A DNA stretch of 64,000 nucleotides from NCBI GenBank assembly GCA_963822945.1, contig CAWGJO010000027.1, forward strand, positions 32,001-96,000. The letters run 5' to 3'. The position numbers and the translations under genes were made by a program. Numbering within the stretch: the first letter of the stretch is position 1; every line of letters begins with the position of its first letter. The stretch comes from an uncultured Gemmatimonadaceae bacterium (GTDB lineage Bacteria; Gemmatimonadota; Gemmatimonadetes; Gemmatimonadales; Gemmatimonadaceae). Of the stretch, positions 46,374 to 56,048 are shown piece by piece. The notes below the pieces were generated by a model. The model saw only the letters and a list, made by a program, of their open reading frames with translations, did no database searches and had not been told where the DNA came from.

Positions 46374-49300
46374 GTGCTGCTCATTCTCGCCTCCGCCTTC
46401 GTCCTGTCCGGCGCCGCCGGCCTCATCTACGAAACCATCTGGACGCGGTACCTGAGCCTGTTCGTCGGCCATGCCGCCTACGCCCAGATCATCGTCCTCA
46501 TCATCTTCCTGGGCGGCATGTCGCTCGGGGCGTTCGCGGTCGGGAAGCGGTCGTCCCGTCTGCGACAACCGCTGCTCTGGTATGCCGGTGTCGAGTTCGC
46601 GGTGGGCGCCATCGCGTTCCTGTTCCACGGCATCTTCGTGGGCACCACCAACTTCGCGTACGCCCACCTCTTTCCCCACCTGGCCGGCGGCGTCGGCAGC
46701 GTCGGCGTCATGGCGGTGCAGTGGTCGCTGGCCGCGCTGCTCATCCTCCCGCAGTCGGTGCTGCTCGGCGCCACCTTTCCACTCATGAGCGCCGGCGCCG
46801 TGCGCCTCGTCCGCGCCGAACCGGGACGGGTGCTGGGCCTGCTCTACTTCACGAACAGCATCGGCGCGGCAGCCGGCGCCCTGATCGCCGGCTTCTACCT
46901 CATCGGCGCCTTCGGGCTGCCGGGCACGCTGCTGGCCGCGGGAACGCTCAACTTCCTCGTTGCCGCCGGGGTCACGGTCGCCTCACGCGCCTTCTACGCG
47001 GCCGGCGACCCGGACGCCGAACCGCTCCCGCCTCCGCTCGAACAGAGCGACACCCGGCCTGCCGGAGTGGCGGATCCTCCTCGTCGTCAGCTTCGGCACC
47101 GCGCTCGCGTCGTTCGTCTACGAGATCGCCTGGATTCGCATGCTGTCGCTGGTGCTGGGGTCCGCCACGCACTCCTTCGAACTCATGCTTTCGGCGTTCG
47201 TGCTCGGCATCGCGCTCGGGGCCTACTGGATCCGCGGGCGCGCCGACGCGATGGAACGGCCGATGTACGCACTGGGGATGGTGCAATGGATCATGGGCGC
47301 GCTGGCCGTCGCTACCCTGCCGCTGTACATGATGTCGTTCGAATGGATGGCCGCCCTGCTCCACATGTTCGGCCGCACCGACGCCGGCTACGACGGGTTC
47401 GTGGTGTCGCGCTACCTCATCTGCCTGGCGATCATGCTCCCGGCCACCTTCTGCGCCGGGATCACGCTTCCCCTCATCACCAAGGTCCTGATCCGGCGCG
47501 GCGCCGGCGAACGCGCCATCGGTGTGGTCTACGGGGTCAACACGCTCGGCTCGATTGCCGGGGTGATCGTCGCCGGCCTGATCCTGATGCCGGTGCTGGG
47601 ACTCAAGCTGCTGCTGATGAGCGGTGCGGTGGTCGACATCGCGCTCGGCGTGATGCTGCTCCACCCGAACGTGCTCGGCGACGACCAGGGGGCGCGGCGC
47701 CGGTTCGGCTACCTCTTCGCCACCGTCGCCCTGCTGCTGTTCAACGGGATCTTCGTGCGCTTCGACCGGTGGAAGCTCTCCAGCGGCGTGTTCCGGGTGG
47801 GCCTGCTGCCCACGGCCGACATGTTCTCATTCCCCTTCTATAAGGATGGGCGCACGGCCACGGTGAGCGTGCGCCGCGACCGGTCGAACGGGTACCTCAC
47901 GCTGGCCACCAACGGCAAGCCCGACGCGTCGATGGATCCGTTCTGGGAAGACTCCACGATCGACCCCGGCGGGCTCCATGCCCTGGCCGGGGATCAGGCC
48001 ACGCAGGTGCTGCTCCCGCTCATCGGCCTGGCCCACGCGCCCGACGCGCGCGAGGTCGCGGTCATCGGGCAGGGCTCGGGAATGACGTCCAACGTCCTGC
48101 TTGGCAGTCCCCACGTGAAGCAGGTGGTGACGGTGGAGATCGAGCCGCAGATGGTGAACGCCTCGCGCGCCTTCCGCCCCGCCAACCACCGCGTGTTCGA
48201 CGACCCGCGCTCGCGCATCGTGATCGACGACGCCAAAGCGTACTTCGCGTCCTCCGGCCGCAAGTTCGACCTCATCATCTCCGAGCCGTCCAACCCGTGG
48301 GTGAGCGGGGTGTCGGGACTGTTCACCACGGAGTTCTACCACCGGGTGCGAAACAGTCTCACCGCCAACGGCGTGCTCGGCCAGTGGCTGCACCTGTACG
48401 AGATCAACGATTCGCTGGTCACATCGGTGCTCGCCGCCATCGATCGGAATTTCCGGTCGTACCAGGTGTTCTTCACCTCGAACAGCGACATCCTGATTCT
48501 CGCCACCAACCGGTCGGCGCCGCTCGTGCCCGATTGGAACGTGGTGCACTACCCGGGCGTGGCGCACGACGTACGGCGCGCGCCGCCGTTGACGCCCGAA
48601 GCGCTGAACGGCATGCGTCTGGCGGGCCGGAGCCTCCTGCATCCGTACCTGCTGGAGCACGCCCGGGTGAACTCCGACTACTTCCCGGTGCTCGACCTCG
48701 GGGCGGAACGCACGCGGTTCATGCATTCGAATGCCGTGGGGTTGGAGAATCTGGGCAAGGGCACGTTCAACGTGGTGGCCGCGACTGGCGGGGCGGCGCC
48801 AGGAGCTTCGGCACCGAGCCGCTGGCGGTGGCGCCGGAGATTCCCCGCGTGTACGACCTGGCGCTGCAGGTGCGCCTGCGCCGCGTGCTGGCCATGACGC
48901 CGGCCCAGCGCGCCGGCGTGCCGCGCGATACGGCGCTCTCCCACGCCGTGTACCGGGTGTCGCGATTCTACCAGTTGATGGCCGACGGAAAGCCGCCCAC
49001 CAGCTGGCACCGGTGGATGGCGTCGTTCACCGACGCCGAGGGACTGCTGCACGCCGGATCGGCGGGCGTGGCCGACACCGGGTTCTTCCACGCGGTGTAC
49101 GCCTACCTCGACCGGGCGCACGCGCCGTCGGACGCGCGCGCCGCCGTGGATTTCACACACGGGCTGGCCGCGTGGAACTTTCCCCAGGTCTCGCAGGCGG
49201 CCGACACGTTGATCGGCGAGTTCCTGCGCGATTCGCTGCCCTGGATCGGGATCAACGACCTCCGCAACGGCACCGTGGTCGCCCGTTTGAAACTCGGCGA

Positions 49301-49433
49301 CCTGAACGGGGCGCAACGCGCCTTCAAGGCGTTGGCTCCCGCGACGGCCCGGTCCGACTTCACCGCGCAGCTGCTGGCGGCCGACCTGGTCATGCGCCGG
49401 ATCGCCCCTGCCGACACGCTGCCGCCGCCCTGA
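46374..49433 (+). CDS. Fused membrane domain / spermidine-synthase-like SAM-binding protein, frameshifts near 47055 and 48790
   Basis: SGAAGLIYETIWTRYL; LLGATFPLM; NGKPDAS; VIGQGSGMT; VEIEPQMV; DDAK; DLIISEPSNPWVSGVSGLFT. Confidence 0.88.
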
Positions 49434-52202
49434 TCAGTTGATCGGTTTGCCGGCCGCCGGAAGCTTCGACTCGTCTCCCGCCCAGACCACGAACATCCGC
49501 GAGGGATCGATGTACTTGCGGAACGCGGCGTTCACCTGGTCGAGCGTCGCCGCCTCGATGCGGGCGTCCTCGTCGGCCTGGAACCGGAAGGTGCGGCCGA
49601 GCAGCATGTCGGCCACCAACTGCTGGGCCAGCACCGCGTCCTGCGATCGGGTGAGGCGGTTGAGCTCCAGCAGCCCCGTCTTGGCCTTGGCCAGTTCGTC
49701 GGTCGTGAATCCGTCGGCGCGCGTACTGTCGATCACGCTGAAGAAGTCGTCGCGCACCTTGTTGCCGTTCTGCGGCGCGTGGATGGCGAGCCCGATGAAC
49801 TGCGCGGCCGGCACCCTGGCGTCGGCTCCGAACACCGACTGCGTGGCGTAGCTGAGCCCGTCCTTCACGCGGATCCGCTGGGTGAGTCGCGACGTGAGCG
49901 TGCCGCCGCCGAGCATGTAGTTGGCCAACTGCATCGCCGCGTAATCGGGGTCGTGATCGCTGAGCGGGAAGGTCGTGCCGGCGATGAAGAGGGCGTTCGC
50001 CTTGTCGGGCGTGTTGATCTTCTCCTGCGCCGCCTGCACCGGAAACAGCCGGGTCACCATCGGCGTGTACGGCGACTTCGACCGCCATCCGGCGAACATC
50101 GTGTCGAGCTGCGCCCGCACGCGCGTGGTATCGAAGTCGCCGACCACCGCGATCTCACCGGCGCCGGCGCCGAAGAAGTCGCCGTACGCCTTGCGCACGT
50201 CGGCCAGCGAGAGCGCCTTCAACTCGGCCTCCGTCTCGGCGATCGTGCCCACGTGCCGCGGGTCACCCTTGGGATAGCGCAGGAACTGCCGCTGCACGGC
50301 CAGAATGCCGAGCGCCGTGGGCTCCTTGGACACCGCCTCGGCCTGGGACAGCTGGGCATCGATCAGCGACGAGAACTCGGTGGAGTCGAACGCCGGGTGT
50401 CGCAACACCTCGTCGGCGAGCGAGAGCACCGCGGGGAGCGCATCGTGCGTGGTCTGGATGCTCACCGTCACGAACGGCCCGGTGCCGCTCGCCGTCATCC
50501 GCGACTTGAGCGCATTGAGGGTATCGGTGAGCTGCTGCCGCGTGTGGCGCGTGGTGCCGCGCATCAGCATCGACGCCGCCATGCTCAGCGCCTCGCCCTG
50601 TCCCTGGAGCGTCCGCTCGTTGCCGAACCGCAGCGTGATCACCGCGTGGACGCTGGCGTTCCGCGTCTTCTTGGCCAGGAACGCGGTGCGGAGCCCGGCC
50701 CGGGTCGTGAACTGCGTCGTGTGCGCCAGGATGTTGGCGGGCGACGGATCGAAAGCCTCGCCCGCGTCGGCCACCGTCTGCCCGTGGTAGCCGGCCACCA
50801 GCTTCGCGATGTCGGGCGCCGGCGGGATCTCGGCCCGATCGGGGTGCTCGGTGGGCACGAAGAAGCCGAGCGTCTGGTTCGACGTCTTGAGGTAGGCTGC
50901 GGCCACCCGTTGCACGTCGGCCGGGGTGACGCGCTTCACCTCGTCGCGATGGAGGAAGAACAGCCGCCAGTCGCCCACCCCCATCCAGTCCGACAGCGTC
51001 AGGCCGACGTTGGCCGTGTTGTCGAGGGCCAGCGCGTACTGGCTGGCGATGGCGCTCTTGGCGCGCTCCACTTCCTGCGCCGTTGGCGGTTCGCTGGTCG
51101 CGATCGCGTGGATGGCGTCGAGCATCGCCACGCGCGCGGCAGCCAGCGAATCGGTGGGCTTGAGCGACGCGACCAGCAGGATGCCGCCCGGATCGTGCAG
51201 CTGCAGCGGGAGGTCGCTCACCGACGCCGCCTTCTTCGTGGTCACGAGCGCCTTGTAGAGGCGGCCCGAAGGCGCGTCCACGAGCACGTGTTCGAGGACG
51301 TCCACGGCGGCATCGTCCGGATTCGACGCCGCGGGGGTGTGGTAGAACGCCACCACGTCCTGCTGGGCGCCAACGCGCCGCACCCACACCTCGCGCTCCC
51401 CGTCCTGCGTGGGCTCCACCGTGTAGCTCGGCACCAGCACGCGGGTCGGCCTGGGAACGGCGCCGAAGTACTTCGCCACCAGCGCGAGCGCTTTGTCCGT
51501 GTCGAATTTGCCGGCGATCATCAGCACGGCGTTGTCGGGTTGGTAGTAGCGATGGTAGAACGCCTGCAACCGGTCGATGGGCACGTTCTCGATGTCGGAG
51601 CGGGAGCCGATGGGCAGCCGCCCGTAGGCATGGAACAGGTAGGCGCTGCCGAGCACACGCTTGATCGTGACGAGGGTGGGGTTGTTCTCGCCGTTCTCGA
51701 ACTCGTTGCGAACGACCGTCATCTCCTTGTCCAGATCCGTCTTGGCGATGCGGCTGTTCACCATGCGGTCGGCTTCCATGTCCAGCGCCCAGTCGAGCAT
51801 CGAGTCGGACGCCGAGAACACCTCGAAATAGTTCGTGCGGTCGAACGACGTGCTGGCGTTGTACTGCGCGCCGCGGTCCTCGAGCTCCTTGGCGATGTCG
51901 GGATGCCGGATGGTGCCCTTGATCATCATGTGCTCGAGCAGGTGCGCCATGCCCGTCTCGCCGTAGCCTTCCTCTCGCGACCCGACCAGGTAGGTGACGT
52001 TGACCAGGGTCTGCGGCTTGGTGGCGTCGGGGTACAGCAGCACGCGCAGCCCGTTGGACGGCAACCGGTACTCGGTGATTCCCTCCACCGACGCGTCGCG
52101 CACGAGCCCGGAGGACTTGCCCTGCTGCGCGGCAGCGGGGACGGCGATCGCGAGCATCGCGATCGCGGCCAACAGCGGCCGGCGTGAATGGCGTAGCGAC
52201 AT
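49434..52202 (-). CDS. M16 (pitrilysin) family zinc peptidase, secreted
   Basis: GETGMAHLLEHM; NASTSFDRTNY; SRLTQRIRVKDGLSY; signal peptide. Confidence 0.93.
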   Translation of the reverse strand: MSLRHSRRPLLAAIAMLAIAVPAAAQQGKSSGLVRDASVEGITEYRLPSNGLRVLLYPDATKPQTLVNVTYLVGSREEGYGETGMAHLLEHMMIKGTIRHPDIAKELEDRGAQYNASTSFDRTNYFEVFSASDSMLDWALDMEADRMVNSRIAKTDLDKEMTVVRNEFENGENNPTLVTIKRVLGSAYLFHAYGRLPIGSRSDIENVPIDRLQAFYHRYYQPDNAVLMIAGKFDTDKALALVAKYFGAVPRPTRVLVPSYTVEPTQDGEREVWVRRVGAQQDVVAFYHTPAASNPDDAAVDVLEHVLVDAPSGRLYKALVTTKKAASVSDLPLQLHDPGGILLVASLKPTDSLAAARVAMLDAIHAIATSEPPTAQEVERAKSAIASQYALALDNTANVGLTLSDWMGVGDWRLFFLHRDEVKRVTPADVQRVAAAYLKTSNQTLGFFVPTEHPDRAEIPPAPDIAKLVAGYHGQTVADAGEAFDPSPANILAHTTQFTTRAGLRTAFLAKKTRNASVHAVITLRFGNERTLQGQGEALSMAASMLMRGTTRHTRQQLTDTLNALKSRMTASGTGPFVTVSIQTTHDALPAVLSLADEVLRHPAFDSTEFSSLIDAQLSQAEAVSKEPTALGILAVQRQFLRYPKGDPRHVGTIAETEAELKALSLADVRKAYGDFFGAGAGEIAVVGDFDTTRVRAQLDTMFAGWRSKSPYTPMVTRLFPVQAAQEKINTPDKANALFIAGTTFPLSDHDPDYAAMQLANYMLGGGTLTSRLTQRIRVKDGLSYATQSVFGADARVPAAQFIGLAIHAPQNGNKVRDDFFSVIDSTRADGFTTDELAKAKTGLLELNRLTRSQDAVLAQQLVADMLLGRTFRFQADEDARIEAATLDQVNAAFRKYIDPSRMFVVWAGDESKLPAAGKPIN

Positions 52203-52427
52203 CTGAAGAACTCCCGGAAGGGACGGAGGGAACGAAGCGCGGCGTTCGCCGGTTTCGCCGACGGATGCGTCCGCGGCCCTCGTCCAACTATATGAATTCT
52301 CAACCGCGGGGCCAGTCCGCCGCCGGGTGCGGGCCGGATCTTCCCGGTTGAGGATCGGGACGTGGACCCTTGAAGCCCGAATCGCAACCGTCGAGGTTGC
52401 GGAGACCGCCTCGCATAGGAGCAGCAG

Positions 52428-53009
52428 ATGCCGGAACTCACGCTCGACCCCGCCACCACGGCGCTGGTGGTCGTCGATCTCCAACGGGGGATCGCGATGA
52501 CGAACACCGTGCCGCACGCGGCGGCCGACGTCATCGCCCGCGCCGCGCAGTTGGCCCGGCGCTTCCGTGAAATCGGAGCCACGGTCGTCCTCGTGCGGGT
52601 CGACCCCGGCCCCCACTGGGAGCTGTTCCCGCGCGTCACCGCCGACCGCCCGCGCCCGATGCCCTCCGGGGCCCTGCCCGACGACTGGACCGCCATCGTC
52701 CCGAAACTCGGGCCGGAGCCGGGCGACGTGCTGGTCACCAAGCATCAACCGGGCGCGTTCTTCGGTACCGATCTCGACGTGCAGCTTCGCCGCCGAGGCA
52801 TTCGCACCATCGTGCTGGCGGGCATCTCCACCAACGTCGGCGTCGAAGCGACGGCTCGCGTGGCGTTCGAGGCGGGCTACGAGCAGGTGTTCGTGGAAGA
52901 TGCGATGGCGGCCCGGGAGGAAGACCTGCATACCCACACCGTGACTCGGCTCTTCCCGACGATCGGCCGGGTGCGCACCACCGCCGCCGTGCTCGCGGCC
53001 CTCGCCTGA
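52428..53009 (+). CDS. Isochorismatase-family cysteine hydrolase-like protein
   Basis: TALVVVDLQRG; VTKHQPGAFFGTDLD; GISTNVGVEATAR. Confidence 0.9.
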   Translation: MPELTLDPATTALVVVDLQRGIAMTNTVPHAAADVIARAAQLARRFREIGATVVLVRVDPGPHWELFPRVTADRPRPMPSGALPDDWTAIVPKLGPEPGDVLVTKHQPGAFFGTDLDVQLRRRGIRTIVLAGISTNVGVEATARVAFEAGYEQVFVEDAMAAREEDLHTHTVTRLFPTIGRVRTTAAVLAALA

Positions 53010-53027
53010 TCCGCACCGCGTCCGACC

Positions 53028-53057
53028 GCCCCCGCCCCCGCCCCCGCCCCCGTCCCC
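53028..53057. repeat. (GCCCCC)x4 plus GTCCCC hexamer tandem repeat
   Basis: Seen directly between the hydrolase and MFS genes. Confidence 0.9.
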
Positions 53058-53070
53058 GCCGCACGCGCCG

Positions 53071-54360
53071 ATGACGCCCCGACGCCTTCCGGTCATCGCC
53101 CGCGCGCTGGCCCACCGCAACTACCGGCTGTTCTTCGGTGGCCAGAGCGTTTCGCTCGTCGGCACGTGGATCACGCGCGTGGCCACGAGCTGGCTGGTGT
53201 ATCGGCTCACCGGCTCGGCCCTGCTGCTGGGGGTGGTCGGCTTCTCGGGCCAGATCCCCATGCTCGTCATGGCGCCGGTCACCGGCGTGCTCGATCGACC
53301 GGTGGGACCGCCATCGCGTGCTGGTGATCACGCAGGTGGCATCGATGCTGCAGTCGGCGGCCCTGGCCGTGCTGGCGCTCTCGGGGATCATCACGGTCGG
53401 CGAGATCATCGCGCTCCAGGTGATGCAGGGCATGATCAACGCCTTCGACACGCCGGCGCGGCAGGCGTTCGTGGTGAAGATGGTGGACGACCGCAACGAC
53501 CTGCCCAACGCCATCGCCCTCAATTCGCTGATGGTCAACGGCAGCCGCATCATCGGCCCGTCCGTCGGGGGCGTGCTCATTGCGGCGTTCGGCGAGGGTT
53601 GGTGTTTCGCAATCGACGCCGTGTCGTACGTCGCCGTGATCGCGTCGCTGTTCGCCATGCGGGTGGCCCGCGAACGGCCGATCCGCGCCGACACGCACAT
53701 TCTCGAGGAACTGCGCGAGGGGTTCCGCTACGTGTCCGGTTTCTGCCGGTGCGCGCGGTGTTGCTGCTGCTGGCCCTCACCAGCATCATGGGCATGCCAT
53801 ACAGCGTGCTGATGCCGGCCGTCGCCCGCGAGATTCTGCACGGCGGCCCGCACACCTACGGCATTCTGCTCACCGCATCCGGCATCGGCGCGATGGGCGG
53901 TGCGCTCTATCTCGCGTCGCGTGCCTCGGTGGTGGGGCTGGAGCGTGCCATCGCGTTTGCGGCGTGCACCTTCGGCGCCGGGCTCATCGCGTTCTCGCAA
54001 TCGCGGGCGCTGTGGTTGTCGCTCCTTCTGCTCCCGATCGCCGGCGCCGGCATGATGGTGGCGATGGCGTCCACCAACACCTTCGTGCAGACCGTGGTCG
54101 AGGAGCGGCTCCGCGGACGCGTGATGGCGTTCTACGCGATGGCGTTCCTGGGCGCCGCGCCCATCGGAAGCCTGCTCGCCGGCGTCGTGGCCGACCGCAT
54201 CGGGGTGCCCGCGACGATCCTCATCGGAGGATCGGTGTGCATCGCGGGTGGCAGCGCGTTCGCCCTCTGGCTCCCGCGGTTCCGGGCGCTCGTGCAGCCC
54301 ATTTACATCGCCCGCGGCATCGTTCCAGACCCCGCCCAGGACGCCGTCGCAGGGCACTAA
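53071..54360 (+). CDS. MFS transporter, frameshifts near 53297 and 53745
   Basis: ALAHRNYRLFFGGQSVSLVGTW; FDTPARQAFV; NAIALNS; RLRGRVMAFY. Confidence 0.9.
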   Translation: MTPRRLPVIARALAHRNYRLFFGGQSVSLVGTWITRVATSWLVYRLTGSALLLGVVGFSGQIPMLVMAPVTGVLDRPVGPPSRAGDHAGGIDAAVGGPGRAGALGDHHGRRDHRAPGDAGHDQRLRHAGAAGVRGEDGGRPQRPAQRHRPQFADGQRQPHHRPVRRGRAHCGVRRGLVFRNRRRVVRRRDRVAVRHAGGPRTADPRRHAHSRGTARGVPLRVRFLPVRAVLLLLALTSIMGMPYSVLMPAVAREILHGGPHTYGILLTASGIGAMGGALYLASRASVVGLERAIAFAACTFGAGLIAFSQSRALWLSLLLLPIAGAGMMVAMASTNTFVQTVVEERLRGRVMAFYAMAFLGAAPIGSLLAGVVADRIGVPATILIGGSVCIAGGSAFALWLPRFRALVQPIYIARGIVPDPAQDAVAGH

Positions 54361-54547
54361 GAAAGTGTGAGAAAACAACTTGGCTAATTTCGCTGTGACG
54401 AATCCCGGCTATACTGGGGTCTGTTGCTGTGAAGGACCGGAACACTGGTCCGAGCAGCAAACAGAACCAACAGCCTAGTCGTACTGAGCAAGTGTAGGAC
54501 AACCCGGATCCGGCGAGCGCGGGGTCAGCGTACTTTCAGGTGCGTGT

Positions 54548-55216
54548 TTGGGGGGGATTCCCGCCCGTCCGGGTCCGCGGTTCTTGCTCTGGAGCAGTGG
54601 GACGCATACGGCTAAGGCAATTCGCGGCGACGGCGATGAGTACTTCTCGCGCGATCGTCAGCAGATCGAACTCCACGAAGAACGCCAGTGGCTGACACGG
54701 ATCCGTCAAGGAGACCGTGAAGCGTACGGCTTGCTCGTGACGCGCCACCTCGACCGAGCGTTGGCGCTTGCCGTCAGGCTGCTCCATCATCGCGAAGATG
54801 CCGAAGACCTGGTGCAGGACGCGTTCCTCGCCGCTCTCGAGCATATCGACGCGTTCGACGAATCCCGACCCTTCTGGCCCTGGTTTTCGCGCATCCTCGT
54901 GAACCGCGGGCTCGACCTCGCGGCCGCCCGCGCCGTACGCGTCACCGAGCCGCTGCCCGACGAGGTATTCGACCGCCACCAGGATCCGGCCGGCGCCGCC
55001 GAGCGCGCCGAGATCTTCACGCGGTTCCGCCACGAGCTCGCCCTGCTTCCACCCCGCCGCAAGCTGATCATGCAGCTATTCGAACTCGACGGGTACTCGG
55101 TGGCCGAGATCTCGGCGCTGCTGGAGTCATCGCCGGCCACCGTCCGCTGGCACCTGCACGCCGCACGGCGCCAACTGCGCCAGTCCCTTTCTCCGTTGCG
55201 GGGAGACGGCCCATGA
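54548..55216 (+). CDS. ECF RNA polymerase sigma factor (start uncertain)
   Basis: DAEDLVQDAFL; FWPWFSRILVN; LFELDGYSVAEIS..TVRWHLHAAR. Confidence 0.9.
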   Translation: MGGIPARPGPRFLLWSSGTHTAKAIRGDGDEYFSRDRQQIELHEERQWLTRIRQGDREAYGLLVTRHLDRALALAVRLLHHREDAEDLVQDAFLAALEHIDAFDESRPFWPWFSRILVNRGLDLAAARAVRVTEPLPDEVFDRHQDPAGAAERAEIFTRFRHELALLPPRRKLIMQLFELDGYSVAEISALLESSPATVRWHLHAARRQLRQSLSPLRGDGP

Positions 55217-55605
55217 GACGCGACGATCTGCGACCCGACCACGAACTGCGCGACCTCCTGCGGCGCTTCGACTCGCCCGACGTGGCGACCGACGCCCAAC
55301 GACACGCCCTGGCGCGGCGAATTCTCATCGGTGCCGAGCCGCTGCTCGATGCGCGCCGCGGAGCACCGCCCGCCTGGTGGGAGTTCACCGCCACCTGGGC
55401 GCGCACGCTCATTCCGATCGGCGTGGCCACGGCGCTTGCGGCCGCGGCCCTCATCGTCTGGACGTCGCGTCCGGCGCGTCGCGCCGTGCTCCCCACCGTT
55501 ACGACCCAGGACTCACTGGTCGGTGCGGTGCGGCGCGATCCCACGTCGCGGCATCTGCTCGACCTGCTGGTGACACCCTCGCCGGCGCCGAGGACGGAGC
55601 GTTGA
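55213..55605 (+). CDS. Putative anti-sigma factor, single TM
   Basis: ATGA overlap with the sigma gene; one central TM. Confidence 0.65.
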   Translation: MRRDDLRPDHELRDLLRRFDSPDVATDAQRHALARRILIGAEPLLDARRGAPPAWWEFTATWARTLIPIGVATALAAAALIVWTSRPARRAVLPTVTTQDSLVGAVRRDPTSRHLLDLLVTPSPAPRTER

Positions 55606-56048
55606 CGCGCCGCCGCCGTGGCGCGGTGCGGATGCCGCCGCGCGCGCTGGCCATCGTCGTGCTGTGCGCGCTCGCCCTCGGCAGCGCTCTGGCCGGCGTG
55701 GCCGTAGACCGCATGCTCCTGCGGCCGACGCAACCGGCGGTCGCGTTTCCCGACACGTCGTTCCACCCCATCGAGTCCATTCTCCGTTCGCCAACCGACG
55801 CCGACCGCCGCGCCATCCGGCGCGAACTTACGCAACAGTTGAACCTCACCCTCGCACAGGCGGACTCCATCGACAGCATCATGAACCGCCGGTCGGGCGA
55901 ATTCCGCGCCCTGCGCGCCGAGCTCCGGCCGCGCGTGCAGGGCCTGGTGGACTCCGTCCACGAGAGCATCGAACAGGTGCTCACGCCGGCGCAGCGCGAG
56001 CTGTTCCGCCGCCTGCAGCCCACTCGCGACTCGAGCACCACACCGTGA
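55602..56048 (+). CDS. Spy/CpxP-like periplasmic helical protein
   Basis: N-terminal TM (LAGVAVDR); LNLTLAQ and VLTPAQRE (LTxxQ) motifs. Confidence 0.7.
   Translation: MTRRRRGAVRMPPRALAIVVLCALALGSALAGVAVDRMLLRPTQPAVAFPDTSFHPIESILRSPTDADRRAIRRELTQQLNLTLAQADSIDSIMNRRSGEFRALRAELRPRVQGLVDSVHESIEQVLTPAQRELFRRLQPTRDSSTTP

Noticed and set aside
52203..53120. N-terminal extension making the M16 peptidase 1228 aa
   Set aside because: It overlaps the isochorismatase gene on the opposite strand; the real signal peptide starts at 52202.
54418..54468. SRP RNA or c-di-GMP-II riboswitch call
   Set aside because: It lacks the SRP CAGG-GRAA-AGCA geometry and the GGAA 5' / GUGCAACC 3' elements; kept only as an unclassified hairpin.
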